Made by a program: the position numbers and the translations under genes. Below the pieces are notes generated by a model. The model was given only the letters and a program-made list of their open reading frames with translations, had not been told where the DNA came from and ran no database searches. A stretch of DNA of 64,000 bases. It comes from a virus. How positions within the stretch are numbered: the stretch's first letter is position 1; each line of letters opens with the position of its first letter. Shown piece by piece: positions 37,183 to 48,400 of this stretch. The stretch lies in IMG/VR virus record IMGVR_UViG_3300045284_000330, positions 10,157-74,156 of that record. One strand, written 5' to 3'.

Positions 37183-37460
37183 TGCTTCGTTCCCGCCGGC
37201 GCCATGGCGAGCCGGGCGCTCTCGATCTCCCGGGAATCCCGCTCCTCATCCAAAACGTCACGGCCCTGATGCAACGCGCACGCGTCGTCGCTTACCCCGA
37301 CGATCGGCCGCACGAATTGGAAAGTGACCTTTCCCCCCGACATTGACACCTGCGTCGGTGTCGGCGGAGCGCCCCCGCACACTCGTCTGGTCAAATCCTG
37401 CGGCACGATCCGCGCGAAGCGGCACGTTCCGCAGCGCTTGATGTTCATGACCCCGACCAT
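37179..37460 (-). CDS. Small Cys-rich protein
   Basis: CGTCRF...C...PP...P.V...D.C..H. Confidence 0.5.
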   Translation of the reverse strand: MVGVMNIKRCGTCRFARIVPQDLTRRVCGGAPPTPTQVSMSGGKVTFQFVRPIVGVSDDACALHQGRDVLDEERDSREIESARLAMAPAGTKQ

Positions 37461-39043
37461 CACGCCACCAAGCCCGTGTCCAGATACTTCTGGACCGCCG
37501 CGAACATCTCGTCGGCTTCCATTTTCAATTCCACTTCCTTCCGGATTACGGGGCCATAATGGTTCGCGAGATTGCGAAGCGTCAGGCCGTGCGTCTCCAC
37601 CGCAAAAGCCGGGCATTCCTTGCACAGCTTCTGAAACGCATAGCCCTGGCCGCTGCCGTAGCAGCCCCATTCGTCATCCGTGCAGGAAACCCCATCGTCG
37701 AAGACGCTGAGATAGCAGGTCGCCACGTTCCGCGGGTTTGAATACTCCGCCATGAGATTGCTAAACGCTGGCTCGCTTGCGCTGTGGGCGTTCCATGACG
37801 TTTGAAACAGGCCCGCCTCCGCGGTGTCGCTCGACACATTGTCGGCCGACAGGTCCCGGCCCTCGCAGTGCCTTCCGCTCGACTCCCGCATCCCGCTGCC
37901 GAGCATCAAAGCATATAGGTGGCGCAAGGTAAGGGCCCCCGCGGCCTCGTTGCTCATTCCCAGCGCATCAAACTGGCTGCGGTAGATATTGAGCGCGTCC
38001 TTGTCCGATCCGGTCCGCGCCTTCGCCATTTCGACCGCCGCCTGGTGCCCAAGCTGAAGCTTGCGATAGGTCTGGGCAAACGCCAGCGCCATGCCTTGGG
38101 TGAACCCAGGCGGGGCAACCCCGCGGTCCTTCCAGGGATACTCCGCGATTTCGCTCTCATCGGCGATTACGCAAATCGCTTCGATGTCCCGTTCGTCCAG
38201 CGCGTGCGGCGGAGGCGGCAACGGCGGCTTGCCGTCGTACAAAGCCGCCCACGTCTGCTCGCCGCAAATGCCGTCGGCCGCAAGCCCGCGCGTTGCCTGG
38301 TACTGCGTAACGGCATCCTCGGTCCCGTTGCCGAAATCACCGTCTTCGTCGAGGTCCGGGTGCAGTTCGGTAAGGTTGAGCAGATGCTGCATATCATCCA
38401 CGTCGTGGCCCTTGTCGCCGAGGGCGAGCACAGGGCGCTGGTCCAACGGCACCTCCAGCGGGTCCTCGACCCATGGCCGTTCGGGCGGCTTCTCGCCCGG
38501 CGCGTCCGGCACCGTCACGCCGCTGAGGGACTCCGCGATCGCTTTACAGATAGCGTCGAAGTGGGCGTTGTACTTGTTGCTGTCGTCTGTGCTGTCGCAG
38601 AAGCAGACCTCCAGGAGCACCGCTGGTTTGGCCGTATTGTTCAGGAAAAACAGGTTGTCGGTGTGCTTCTTGCCGCGGTCCTTGAAGCCGCCGGCCTTGG
38701 CTATCGCCGCCGAGATCGTCGCGGCATAGTCGGCCATACCGCTGCTCGTGTACCAGACTTCCGTGCCGTAGGCCCCCTCGGTGGCGTTGAAGTGAACCGA
38801 GACGTCCCGATCCCTGGTCTGCTCGTTGTGCCAGTTCACGATGGTGTTGAGGTTGGTGTTCTGGTCGTGGGAGGTGTTGTCGTGAAACGTCGCCGTCTTG
38901 ATGCCGGCGCTTTTCAAGTGTTCCGCGACGCGGTCGACGACCCGTCGTGCTTCGTCGACCTCGTCCAGCTCCGGCGGCACTGGATTGCCGCACGCGCCCC
39001 GAATGTACTTTCCATGGCCAGAACTGATCGCGAAGCTTGGCAT
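37460..39043 (-). CDS. Endolysin: N-acetylmuramoyl-L-alanine amidase, peptidoglycan-binding domain and an extra C-terminal domain
   Basis: SSGHG...E, VSVHFNA, LLEVCFCD; DGDFG..TE.AV..YQ...GL.ADG.CG..TW; MRESSG..C.GRD..AEAGLFQTS. Confidence 0.9.
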   Translation of the reverse strand: MPSFAISSGHGKYIRGACGNPVPPELDEVDEARRVVDRVAEHLKSAGIKTATFHDNTSHDQNTNLNTIVNWHNEQTRDRDVSVHFNATEGAYGTEVWYTSSGMADYAATISAAIAKAGGFKDRGKKHTDNLFFLNNTAKPAVLLEVCFCDSTDDSNKYNAHFDAICKAIAESLSGVTVPDAPGEKPPERPWVEDPLEVPLDQRPVLALGDKGHDVDDMQHLLNLTELHPDLDEDGDFGNGTEDAVTQYQATRGLAADGICGEQTWAALYDGKPPLPPPPHALDERDIEAICVIADESEIAEYPWKDRGVAPPGFTQGMALAFAQTYRKLQLGHQAAVEMAKARTGSDKDALNIYRSQFDALGMSNEAAGALTLRHLYALMLGSGMRESSGRHCEGRDLSADNVSSDTAEAGLFQTSWNAHSASEPAFSNLMAEYSNPRNVATCYLSVFDDGVSCTDDEWGCYGSGQGYAFQKLCKECPAFAVETHGLTLRNLANHYGPVIRKEVELKMEADEMFAAVQKYLDTGLVA

Positions 39044-39148
39044 AGCTTTGTCATCCGATTATCTGTGAATGCGGGCATCGCGACCTCCTTTCCAGGTTGC
39101 CTTGTCAAGCGGCGGTCAGGCGTTGCTGCGTCTGGCCGCCACGCATTT

Positions 39149-39397
39149 TTAGCCGAAGCGCAGAGCGCCAAACTCCGCGCGGCCGAAGAAATGGACCATC
39201 GGCGCGCCGACCAAGAGCGAGACCACGCAGATAATGAACACCACCAGCACAATCAGCAGATAGATGCGCTGGATGTTCCATGGAATCGGCCACTCGAAAA
39301 TATTGGCCACCCAGACGATGATTGCGCCAATCAGAACCAGAACCGCGGCAACAAGCACGCAATTGAGCACCCCGATCAGGATTCCGGTGACGGACAT
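39149..39397 (-). CDS. Small membrane protein (holin candidate)
   Basis: Two long hydrophobic segments directly upstream of the endolysin. Confidence 0.5.
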   Translation of the reverse strand: MSVTGILIGVLNCVLVAAVLVLIGAIIVWVANIFEWPIPWNIQRIYLLIVLVVFIICVVSLLVGAPMVHFFGRAEFGALRFG

Positions 39398-39557
39398 GGT
39401 GCACCTCCTTTAATTGCGCTGCTCGGGCGGCACCACGACCGTGGGCGGCACGCTCGGATGCTCGGGCACCACCTGCGGCTGAGGTTGCGGCGGCGGTGGT
39501 TTTGGCACCTGCGGCGGTGGAGGTTTCGGCTTATCCGCATTCATGGCTTTGTTCCTG

Positions 39558-39755
39558 TTAAGCGGTTGCGGCTTTAACTGCCCACATGGCGGCGTCTTCG
39601 TAGTGTGTTTGTGCGAGCGAGGCTAAACGGGCGTCTTTCGATTTCAGTGTCTCGCATAAATCGATGAGTTCCGCCGACTTCTGCTTGATCTGGTCGACGA
39701 CGCTATCGGCGCTCGGATTGAATTTCGTTCGCACGCGATCCTCACCAACACTCAT
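39558..39755 (-). CDS. Acb2/Tad1-like helical-hairpin protein
   Basis: RVR..FNPS....V..IK...A.LID...RLASLAQT.YE.AAMWAVKAAT. Confidence 0.6.
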   Translation of the reverse strand: MSVGEDRVRTKFNPSADSVVDQIKQKSAELIDLCETLKSKDARLASLAQTHYEDAAMWAVKAATA

Positions 39756-40011
39756 GTTGCTCTCCTTGGCGTCCTATGCCGCCCCTATGGCACGACGCAT
39801 TTCGACAGCAGCCTCGGTGACGTGCTTCTGGTGTTTCGGCTTGCCAGTCATTGCTTTTTCTCCTCTGCTGCCACCAGCGCCGCGCGAAGCAGCAATTCCA
39901 CGCTCTCCGTCAGCCAACGCTGCGTCGCGGTGAATTGATCGTGCTTCATTTCCTCGATCTCATGCTTGCGCCTCAACAGCGCAATGATCTGCCGTTCGAG
40001 CACAGCTGGCC

Positions 40012-40386
40012 TCACGGTTCGGCATCAAGTAGCAACGGCCGCAGCGGCGGCAGCGGCACCAACTCAGACGCCGCATCCTGAAGCTTCATGCTGTCATTGC
40101 TGTTCTCAGATCGAGAATTGCCTGGAGGCCGCGAAAACGGACGAGGCGTCGCCGGCGGCCCCTGAATTCCAGTGCATGCGCCGAGCATTTCCCGCAAATG
40201 CGTTTGTCCAGCGTGCAGCATAACGACCTCTTCTTTCCGCTGCGCGGCGACAACTGATAATATCCAGTAAAAAAAGAACAGCAGCGCGATATTCATCAGA
40301 ATAACACTGAGCGCGAGCGGACTCTCGCGCATGACGCTGAAGTAACCAGCAACCGCCTTTCCGGCCTCTTCTGTAACGCCATTCAT
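40012..40386 (-). CDS. Membrane protein of the lysis region
   Basis: One N-terminal TM followed by a helical region. Confidence 0.5.
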   Translation of the reverse strand: MNGVTEEAGKAVAGYFSVMRESPLALSVILMNIALLFFFYWILSVVAAQRKEEVVMLHAGQTHLREMLGACTGIQGPPATPRPFSRPPGNSRSENSNDSMKLQDAASELVPLPPLRPLLLDAEP

Positions 40387-40562
40387 GGCTGCGGCGTCAA
40401 TCTCTGTTCCAGAAGCTTTATGAGCGCTTCCGTATCCTTGCAGTCTTGCGCCGCCTGCGCAATATCAGCCTGCGCATTTGCATTGGCTTGCCACCCGATA
40501 TAGCCAAGCGCGAGAGTGTTGGTCACAAGCAGCGCCAACATGATCCAGTTCGATCTGGTCAT
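40383..40562 (-). CDS. Small membrane-anchored protein
   Basis: Hand translation MTRSNWIMLALLVTNTLALGYIGWQ...; ATGA coupling. Confidence 0.45.
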   Translation of the reverse strand: MTRSNWIMLALLVTNTLALGYIGWQANANAQADIAQAAQDCKDTEALIKLLEQRLTPQP

Positions 40563-40683
40563 CTATTCACCAAGCGTGATCCCTTCGATCACGTGCCACA
40601 TCCACTGCGGTGATCACGACCCAAATGATCACCGCGACAAGCCGCTGCGCGGCAGGGGTGGCACAATTGCCTCTCCAGCTTTA

Positions 40684-41220
40684 TTACGTCGCCGGTGGCG
40701 TCGTTCCAGGCGCTCCAGGCAACGGCTTGCCGCCCGCCGGGAAGTAACCCCAACCATATGCCGGGTGATAGCCCCAGCCACCATCAGGCGGCGGCGGCTT
40801 GCCTCCATCTGGCGTCGTGCCTTCGGTCGGCGGCGGCGGCAGGACAATGGGATGCGACGGGATTGGTGCCTGCCCTTCGGGCGGATTCGGCCAAATCTGA
40901 ACCGGAGGACCGCCAGGAGTTACCGGCGGCAGGACAATCGGATGCTCAGGATGCGGCTGCGGTTTCACGCCCGGTCCCATCCCGCCACCCCAGTAACCGG
41001 GCGGCGAGGAGCCGGGAGGCCCGCCCGGATTGTAGATCGGGTGCGATGGGTAGGGCGGGTAGTAAATCGGGTGCTCTGGATGCGCACCAGCCGGCGGCTG
41101 TGGCATCGGAAATCCGATGTCGACATAAGGCGGACGAGGACCGCCCGGCATCGGACCGCCGCCGACGCCTACGTCACTAAAAAACAAAATTCCTTGAAAC
41201 GTAACCGGTATTGCTGCCAT
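40684..41220 (-). CDS. Proline-rich protein with PxHPI repeats
   Basis: PEHPIY, PSHPIY, PEHPIV, PSHPIV; GWGYHPAYGWGYFP. Confidence 0.65.
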   Translation of the reverse strand: MAAIPVTFQGILFFSDVGVGGGPMPGGPRPPYVDIGFPMPQPPAGAHPEHPIYYPPYPSHPIYNPGGPPGSSPPGYWGGGMGPGVKPQPHPEHPIVLPPVTPGGPPVQIWPNPPEGQAPIPSHPIVLPPPPTEGTTPDGGKPPPPDGGWGYHPAYGWGYFPAGGKPLPGAPGTTPPAT

Positions 41221-41224
41221 GTAT

Positions 41225-41653
41225 TTATCCTCCTGATGCTTTCAGCATTTCACGACCCTTGTCGAAAAGGGCCTTCGGTAGTTTTCCACTCTTTACTGCC
41301 TCGCGGCGCCCCGCGCGGTCCGACTTGCGAAACAATTCACGGCAATCGAACCGCTGGCATACATGTGGGGCGCGCCCGTGAATACTGCATCCGTTGGCTG
41401 TAAGATAGATACAATCGCCGTTGGGCCGCCGTTTTAGCGCGCGGCCAAGGCGCGTACCGTCGCGCTTCGTAATCCACGCCCAGTCATATTGCTCGTACTC
41501 CTCCTGCGCCAAGGGAACAATCAGAGTTCGGCAGCACAGCGTGCACAAGCCGCACGGCACGTCGGATCGCCTGTCGTCCTTATCGACGAGATGTGTCGGC
41601 CGTAAATCAGGCAGACGCGCGACGCTCGGAATGTCCTGCTTCATTTCTGCCAT
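41225..41653 (-). CDS. YkgJ-like Cys-cluster protein
   Basis: VPCGLCTLCC...GDCIYL...GCSIH...P.VC..FDCR. Confidence 0.75.
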   Translation of the reverse strand: MAEMKQDIPSVARLPDLRPTHLVDKDDRRSDVPCGLCTLCCRTLIVPLAQEEYEQYDWAWITKRDGTRLGRALKRRPNGDCIYLTANGCSIHGRAPHVCQRFDCRELFRKSDRAGRREAVKSGKLPKALFDKGREMLKASGG

Positions 41654-43866
41654 TATCTAACTCGTCGAGCACTGATATAGCCGGTCGCGGTGCACGTGCT
41701 GTTGAATGTGCCCTGCGCTGCGAGGTAGACGGTCGCCGGCGCACTCACATTGACGCGCGTCGGACCAGTTTGCATCGTTTGCGTGACGCCATTGCCAAAG
41801 GTCAAACGATACTGAGTCATATTTCCATTGCCAGCACAAATCTGCGCAGCAGTCGGCAACGCCGCGGAAGTATTCGAAACTGCCGCCGCAAGCGCGGTTG
41901 GTCCCTGCGCCGGGCTGAAGATAACAACACCAGCCACCACCCAATCGCCCGGAGTCAACGCCAGCGTCGCGACGTTCGCCGTGACGTTCGTGGTGAGATT
42001 GACGGGCGTCGTCTGGCTGGTGGCGAGCTGCTCACCCAGATTACCCGCCACAGCATTGTCGGCCGCAACCGTGCCCTTGATCGCCTGCCGCGAAGTGTCG
42101 CTCGGATGGACGTGATCGCCTCGGGCCCAGGCTGTGGCGGTGCCGGCGGCGGCCGTCCCGTCCATGGCGGGGGCAGCACTGGACGCAGGAGGAAGCACCG
42201 CATTGACTTGCGCCGCCGTCTGGTAGCCGGCCGGGTTGCTAGCCGCGTAACGTGAGGTATCGGTCGGGTGAACGTGGTCGGACCTTGCCCATGTTGCCGC
42301 CACGCCACCCGCACCGACGCCGTCCATTTGCGGCACGGCGTTCGATCCTGCCGGCGTGCTCGGCACGTAAATCTTGTTGTCGCTGCCCAGGGTGGCGGTG
42401 TTCCCTGCGTCAGCCGAGACCGCTGTCGGACCTGGAGTACCTTGAGGGCCTTGCGGGCCCTGTGACCCTGGTGGTCCCTGCAGACCGGTCGCCCCGTTCG
42501 CTCCGGTGTTGCCTGCCGGACCCTGGATTCCTGGGGTACCCTGGGGCCCCTGCAAGCCTTGTGGACCCACATCACCTTGAAGGCCTTGTGGCCCTTGGAT
42601 TCCTGGGGTGCCGGCTGGGCCTTGGGGACCGTCGTTGCCTTGATGGCCTTGGGGACCTGGAGGTCCTACGGGACCGGCTGGGCCTTGCTGCCCCTGGGAC
42701 ACTATCCCCAGGATGATGTTCATCCCGTTGGTGAGGGTACCGGCACCCGCCTTCCAGGCGATCGGGACCTGGACGTACTCTGGTGAAGCGGGTGGCGCAA
42801 ATGCCGAATTCGTGACGGTGTAGGAGTAGTAGACGGCCGCGCTGTCAGCGTTCTGCAGGAGGATTTCGTTGCCTGACTGGATCAGCCCCAGGATGACGCT
42901 GATGTCGGTGCCCGCACCGTCCAGGTTGCTGATGTAGAGGTTGGCTGCGCTCGCGGGGGTCGCATTATCTAGTTCAACCGTGCCAGCCGCAACTGGCGGG
43001 ACCGTGGTGCTGGTCGAGAAAGCGTAGTTGAAGATGCTGCTGGTATTGCCTTGAGGACCTTGTTGACCTTGCGGTCCGGCAGCTCCTTGGGGGCCGGGTG
43101 CGCCGTCCGCACCGGCCGGACCTTGGGGCCCCACATCACCTTGGAGACCTTGTGGCCCCTGAATACCCTGTGGTCCGGCTGGGCCTTGCTGGCCGTCGTT
43201 GCCGGCTGGTCCTTGGGGACCGGCCGGTCCGGCCAAGCCGGGTGATCCGGCCTGACCGCCTGGACCGGGATCGCCTTGCGGACCTTGGGAACCTTCGGCT
43301 CCCGCTGGCCCCTGCGGGCCCTGTGTGCCCTGCGGACCTAAGTCCCCTTGCGGGCCAACCGCGCCTTGCGGGCCAGGATCGCCTTTTTGGCCTGCAGGTC
43401 CGGCCGCTCCCGGAACACCTGATGCACCGTCAACTCCGGCATTTCCTTGGGGACCGGCAGGCCCGGGAACGCCTTGCGGACCTGCAGGGCCGGCCGGACC
43501 TTGAGGACCCGGTGGGCCTTGGATTCCTCCGCCACCACTATCGGCAATTGGCTGCCAGCTTGCATTCTTTCGTCCATACATCGCTCCATCTTGCGGGGCC
43601 TCGGTAACCACTTCGTCCACCGGCACGATAGGCGTCCACGCCCCATCAAGACGCGCGTGCGTGTCGCCATCTGATGGAGCGTCGGGAATGCCAGGAGTGC
43701 CTGGCGGACCTTGGGGACCAGCTGGCCCGGGCGGGCCCGGCGGACCTTGTATGCCTGCACTGCCGCTGCCGATTCGCGCCCACACCTTGTCGAATTCGGA
43801 GTCGATCTGCTTCAGGGCCAGGCCGGGATCGAGGACGGTTGCAGGTTGGAATATGGTGGTGGTCAT
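41653..43866 (-). CDS. Collagen-like fibre protein
   Basis: Long G-x-y runs, DAP.DG..Y.R motifs, AR.DHVHP.DTSR repeats. Confidence 0.85.
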   Translation of the reverse strand: MTTTIFQPATVLDPGLALKQIDSEFDKVWARIGSGSAGIQGPPGPPGPAGPQGPPGTPGIPDAPSDGDTHARLDGAWTPIVPVDEVVTEAPQDGAMYGRKNASWQPIADSGGGGIQGPPGPQGPAGPAGPQGVPGPAGPQGNAGVDGASGVPGAAGPAGQKGDPGPQGAVGPQGDLGPQGTQGPQGPAGAEGSQGPQGDPGPGGQAGSPGLAGPAGPQGPAGNDGQQGPAGPQGIQGPQGLQGDVGPQGPAGADGAPGPQGAAGPQGQQGPQGNTSSIFNYAFSTSTTVPPVAAGTVELDNATPASAANLYISNLDGAGTDISVILGLIQSGNEILLQNADSAAVYYSYTVTNSAFAPPASPEYVQVPIAWKAGAGTLTNGMNIILGIVSQGQQGPAGPVGPPGPQGHQGNDGPQGPAGTPGIQGPQGLQGDVGPQGLQGPQGTPGIQGPAGNTGANGATGLQGPPGSQGPQGPQGTPGPTAVSADAGNTATLGSDNKIYVPSTPAGSNAVPQMDGVGAGGVAATWARSDHVHPTDTSRYAASNPAGYQTAAQVNAVLPPASSAAPAMDGTAAAGTATAWARGDHVHPSDTSRQAIKGTVAADNAVAGNLGEQLATSQTTPVNLTTNVTANVATLALTPGDWVVAGVVIFSPAQGPTALAAAVSNTSAALPTAAQICAGNGNMTQYRLTFGNGVTQTMQTGPTRVNVSAPATVYLAAQGTFNSTCTATGYISARRVR

Positions 43867-43868
43867 AA

Positions 43869-45398
43869 TCAGGACACCCAGCTCATGTCAGACGGGTATC
43901 GATATCTGCTCGCGATCTTGTTGAACGCGCCGGAACTCGCATCAATCTGGTCCTTGTATTTTCCGACCGGGAAATGTTCGGCCTCTTCGAGATAATTTTT
44001 CACCCATACACCCACGACCAGCCGCACATTGCCGCCCTGCCACTGCGCAGCGAACGGCTCGGCGCGCATCTCCTTTGCGCCGCGCACCCGATCGGCCTCG
44101 ACGCGGAAGCCGGCGAGATTTCTGACCGTGGATTCCGCGCTCTCTTTGCCCCCGCTACCCGGCTCCTGCTCAACCCAGACCTTGGTCAGGAAATACTTTC
44201 TGCGATCCATCTCGGCGGTCTGCTTGATGATCCGCTCGCGGTCTAGCGCCGACCATTGCCCGCGCCTCACGTCAGCCACGACAAACGTGTCGTCGCGCAT
44301 CCGCAGCATCAGGACGCCGGCGGTGTAAGCTCCGCCGCCGGCGGTGCCGCTCTTGTCCCAGTAGCGCACCGCGGCGACGACGCTCGCAGATGGCGGCGCC
44401 TCCGATATGATCGAGGCCATGTGGATCGGGAACATGTCGCCGCCGACGACAATGGGCGCCTGCTGGTAGACGCTCTGCCAGCCGGCCAATGTCATCATGG
44501 CGCGCTGCTGCTCGAGAAATTCCGCCGACTTGAGTTCCGGGAAAAGCGGTTCGCCCACCTTGCGCACAAACGGCCCGATCGGGCGCCCCACCTCATCAAT
44601 GGCCGTATGTGTCTCCTCCTCTTCGGCCAGCGCCGCATAGCGGCATACGCGCACATCCTTATGGCGCTCGATCAGCCGGCCCGCAGGATCGTCTAGATGC
44701 CATCGAGTCATCACGAGCAGCAGCGCGGCGCCGTCGGAGAAACGCGTCATGAAATCGTCGGTCATCCAATTCCATGTCTTGTCGCGGGTGAGCTTCGAGC
44801 TCGCCTCGGCACGGCCTTTGATGGGATCATCAATGACGCCCAAGTCCAGTCCCTCGCCTGTCACCGCACCTGCGATCGTGGTGTTGCGAAAAGACCCGCG
44901 CTCCAGGCCCGTTCCGTGAAACTCGATCATTTCGCTATTGGAGCGACGAACAGACGGGTTGACCGCCTGGTGCCCGAATATCTTGGCGTGCTTGGGATCG
45001 GCGAGAATGCGCTGCAGTCGAAGGTTCGCGCGAATGCCGAGCCGCTCGCTGAAAGACGCGAAGATGATTTTCAGTTGTGGGTCCGGCCCGCTCAAGCCGA
45101 TGATCCACGAGAGGAAGTCTACGACTTGGGTGCTTTTCCCCAATTGTGGAGGCGACTGCAGCAGGAGTTTTGGCCGGCGCCCGGCGCTATAGTCCAGCCA
45201 AAAGCGGTGCAATTCGAGCGCAACCTCGCGCTGCCACCATCCCATGATCATGCGCGGATTGAGATAGCGGCGATACGCCCAGAAGGATTCGCGCGACTCG
45301 CGCTGGGCCTGCTGCTCCATGAGCCACAGGTCCTCCTCGGTGTAGGGGCGCGACGCTGGGACGTTGATGTTCACGAACATCACCACATCGGCGCGCAT
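43869..45398 (-). CDS. terL: Terminase large subunit
   Basis: [44 protein letters not shown]. Confidence 0.95.
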   Translation of the reverse strand: MRADVVMFVNINVPASRPYTEEDLWLMEQQAQRESRESFWAYRRYLNPRMIMGWWQREVALELHRFWLDYSAGRRPKLLLQSPPQLGKSTQVVDFLSWIIGLSGPDPQLKIIFASFSERLGIRANLRLQRILADPKHAKIFGHQAVNPSVRRSNSEMIEFHGTGLERGSFRNTTIAGAVTGEGLDLGVIDDPIKGRAEASSKLTRDKTWNWMTDDFMTRFSDGAALLLVMTRWHLDDPAGRLIERHKDVRVCRYAALAEEEETHTAIDEVGRPIGPFVRKVGEPLFPELKSAEFLEQQRAMMTLAGWQSVYQQAPIVVGGDMFPIHMASIISEAPPSASVVAAVRYWDKSGTAGGGAYTAGVLMLRMRDDTFVVADVRRGQWSALDRERIIKQTAEMDRRKYFLTKVWVEQEPGSGGKESAESTVRNLAGFRVEADRVRGAKEMRAEPFAAQWQGGNVRLVVGVWVKNYLEEAEHFPVGKYKDQIDASSGAFNKIASRYRYPSDMSWVS

Positions 45399-45435
45399 TT
45401 CGCGCGCGACGCCCGGCGATGGCGACTATACGCAA

Positions 45436-48400
45436 TCACGCGCTGCGTAGGAAGGCTTCATCCGGCTTACCGAAAATCTCCGCCGTCCAGCCCGACATGC
45501 TGCGAAAATGCGGGGCAATCTCGTTCTTGTATCTGATCCAACTCGGGCGGAATGCAATCGCCGATTGCCACTTTTGCCCGCGGATATAGTGCGCGCCGTC
45601 CACGGTCATCGGCACCCCGACACCGATCACCTTCTGATGCCCCTCCCGCCGCGCCACCTGAACGGCAAACAGCCCCGAGCTGCCGCCCCAGTCCAGCCCG
45701 GTATCGTGGGTGATCTCTGGGGCTTTGCGGTGCGCCCAGACCTGTTCCGGCTCCGGCAGCCCAGCCTTGCGCCGGCCGTTCAGCCAGGCGATGGGCCCCA
45801 CAAGCTTGTCGGGATGCAGCGTGACCGCGACGCATTCATCAGGGAAAGTCTTGATCTGGTCGTTTATGGCAAACACGCGGAAGGGCAGATCGCCGATCAA
45901 CTTCCTGGCCGCCTCCCAATCCTGCCTCCAGCACATGGCGCCGCCGAGCACGACCGCCACCGTCGCCGTGGGTGCATGGGGTGGTGGCGCACTCGGCAAA
46001 CTCGGCAAACTGGACAAATCACCGGCTTTGCGCGCCTCGAACGTGCATGACTCGATCTGGTTGAAGTGATCCCCAATGACCCGGCCGTGCCCCTCGACGC
46101 CACGGAGCGCCGGGTCCTCCGATAGCCCAGACTCGCATGCCAGTACATCGTCGAAGCCCGCGAAGTAGAGCGTGTCGCGCAGGAGCTGCGCGTTCCATGC
46201 GCATTCATGGCCATGAGCGTAGATGATCGCACTCATGGCGCCACGCTTGTTGGGCCCGAGCTTCTGCCACTTGGTCGTAAAGCGGTGGTAGTCAGCGTCA
46301 TCACATGCGGCGATCTGCTCCAGACTCGGCACAGTCACCCGAAGAACCCCGCCCGGCGCCAGGACCCTGTGGGCCTCCTGGAAGAAGCCGATCGCCGCTT
46401 TGTAAGGAACGTGCTCCACGCAATGCTCGATATTGACGTGACTCACGCTGCCGTCCGGCCACGGCAACTTTTTGGTGATATCCACGTCAGCGTCGCGGTT
46501 CTCCCAACCAGCGAGCTTGTTGGTACCGCAGCCAAGATTTAGTTTGATGAGTATCGAGGCGCGCTCTTGCACCAGCTCATTGGGCTTCATGCGTTCCACG
46601 GCAAGCGCGGCCTCGACGAATTTTCTATACACACCTTGCTGCGCACTGTCATGTTGGTGCGTCACCCAGTCTAGATCGAGATCGAGAATGTTGTCCTTGG
46701 TAATCTGGTTTTTGTCGGCCCGCTGCGCCTTCCACTGCATGATCTTCAGCCGGCATCCGTCCTTGGCCAGGATCTGCTGCCGAATGTAGCGCTCCGGTGT
46801 CGGCGCGACCTTCCGGTTCGGCCAATCATAGCGTTGAACGAAATCGCTGCGCCGAAGGTAATCCGTCGAAAAGAACATGAGCCCGGTCTCAACCCAGAGC
46901 TTTTCATGCTCCTTGTGTTTCATCCCCTTCACATCGGTGGTTGCGCAATCGGCCTTCTCCTGCTGCATCCACCTGATGATGTCCCCCACGCAGAGCCGGA
47001 ACAAGCTGTCGCCCTCTATATGCGCGACGTGCTCGTAACCCAGCTCGCAGGCGATCTCTAATCCCTTGCAAAAGGCCCGGCCCCAGCCGTCACGCCCCTC
47101 CGTCACGCCCTTGCGGCTGAGGTGGCCGATGTTGTCCGGAAAATTGAAGACCATCCGGCGGTGTCGCTTGCCGTCATAAGGCGTCCAGTCCTCGAACTTC
47201 TTGATTGGCGACTGGCTGTCGACGGCGAGGAAATCGCAATCTCGTTCATTTAACGAGAAATGCAGCCGCTTCCACAGGTCCGTGAGATTGTCACGATCCG
47301 GGCTGTCCACATAGAACGTTCCGAACAACAGGGTGCTGCGCCTGGCCGCGAACGCCGTCACCGCTGCCAGCGCCTTCGGCACATCGATCGCCTTGTCGCA
47401 GCGGTGCTTGTTGCTGTGACAGTCGCATGGATTGAGAACGTCGATCGGGAGCGTGGGGGCGAGGTGCGCGCCGACCCGCTGGGTCGTCCGATAGCTCTCG
47501 CGGCCGCCGTACACCACGATCAGCGGCGTCCCCACGGCCTGCGCCAGGACCGGCGCAAAGCCAGCGTTGCAGTAGACGAGGTCAGCTTCGGAAAACAGCG
47601 CCGCCATTTCCTCGAATGCCAGCTCCCCGTTGTGTAGCTTCAGGTCGGCCTCCTGCTCGGGCCCCTCGATCCACTCCTCGCCACGGCGCAGATCGGCGAT
47701 GCTCACGACGTAGAACGAGTCCCGGATCGACCGAAAGATGGCGTCATAGGCCGCGGGGTCTGGATTGCGTGACCGGCCATCCCATTCCCGGCGCACCACG
47801 ATCGGCCGGTGCACCATGAGCCGCTTGCCGCCCATATCGATCCGGCTCAGTCGATCGCGGGTCGATTGTCGCCATTCCGGCTTGATCGGCAGGCTGAAGT
47901 CAGGCCGCTCCGGCATTTGCAGACCGACGCATCCGAACATCGCCTCGAGGATCGAGCCGTGCTGATCGACAAGCGTCTTTGGATAGCCGATGCGTGCGAC
48001 CCTCGCCGACGGCGGCGCCGCCGTAAACTTGGCCTGTTCGAATAGCCCCCGCTCCCGCTCAATGGTCTTTGCCTGCGCATGCAGCGAGGTGGGCCGCATC
48101 ACCAGCTTGAGACCTTTGGCGACGAGGTCGTGATAAATCTGAAAGTGGCAGGTATGGAGCCAGACATCATAATCGCGCATCAGCACCCGCATCACCGCCC
48201 GCTGATGCAGATTGTCGCCGATACCGAAATGCCCGGTCACCGAGATGCATGGCCTTGCCTGCTCTGGCGTCACTTTTGGAGGGAGCGGCTGCGGATGGGC
48301 GTGACGCTCGAACGTCGCTTCCTTCACCACGAGGTCGTTGCGCGCCAACAGCCGATCGACCGTGCCCTGATCGAGGTCGGCATATTTCATCGCGCCGGGA

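Noticed and set aside
42420-43760. 9-bp periodic repeats
   Set aside because: Explained by collagen G-x-y coding
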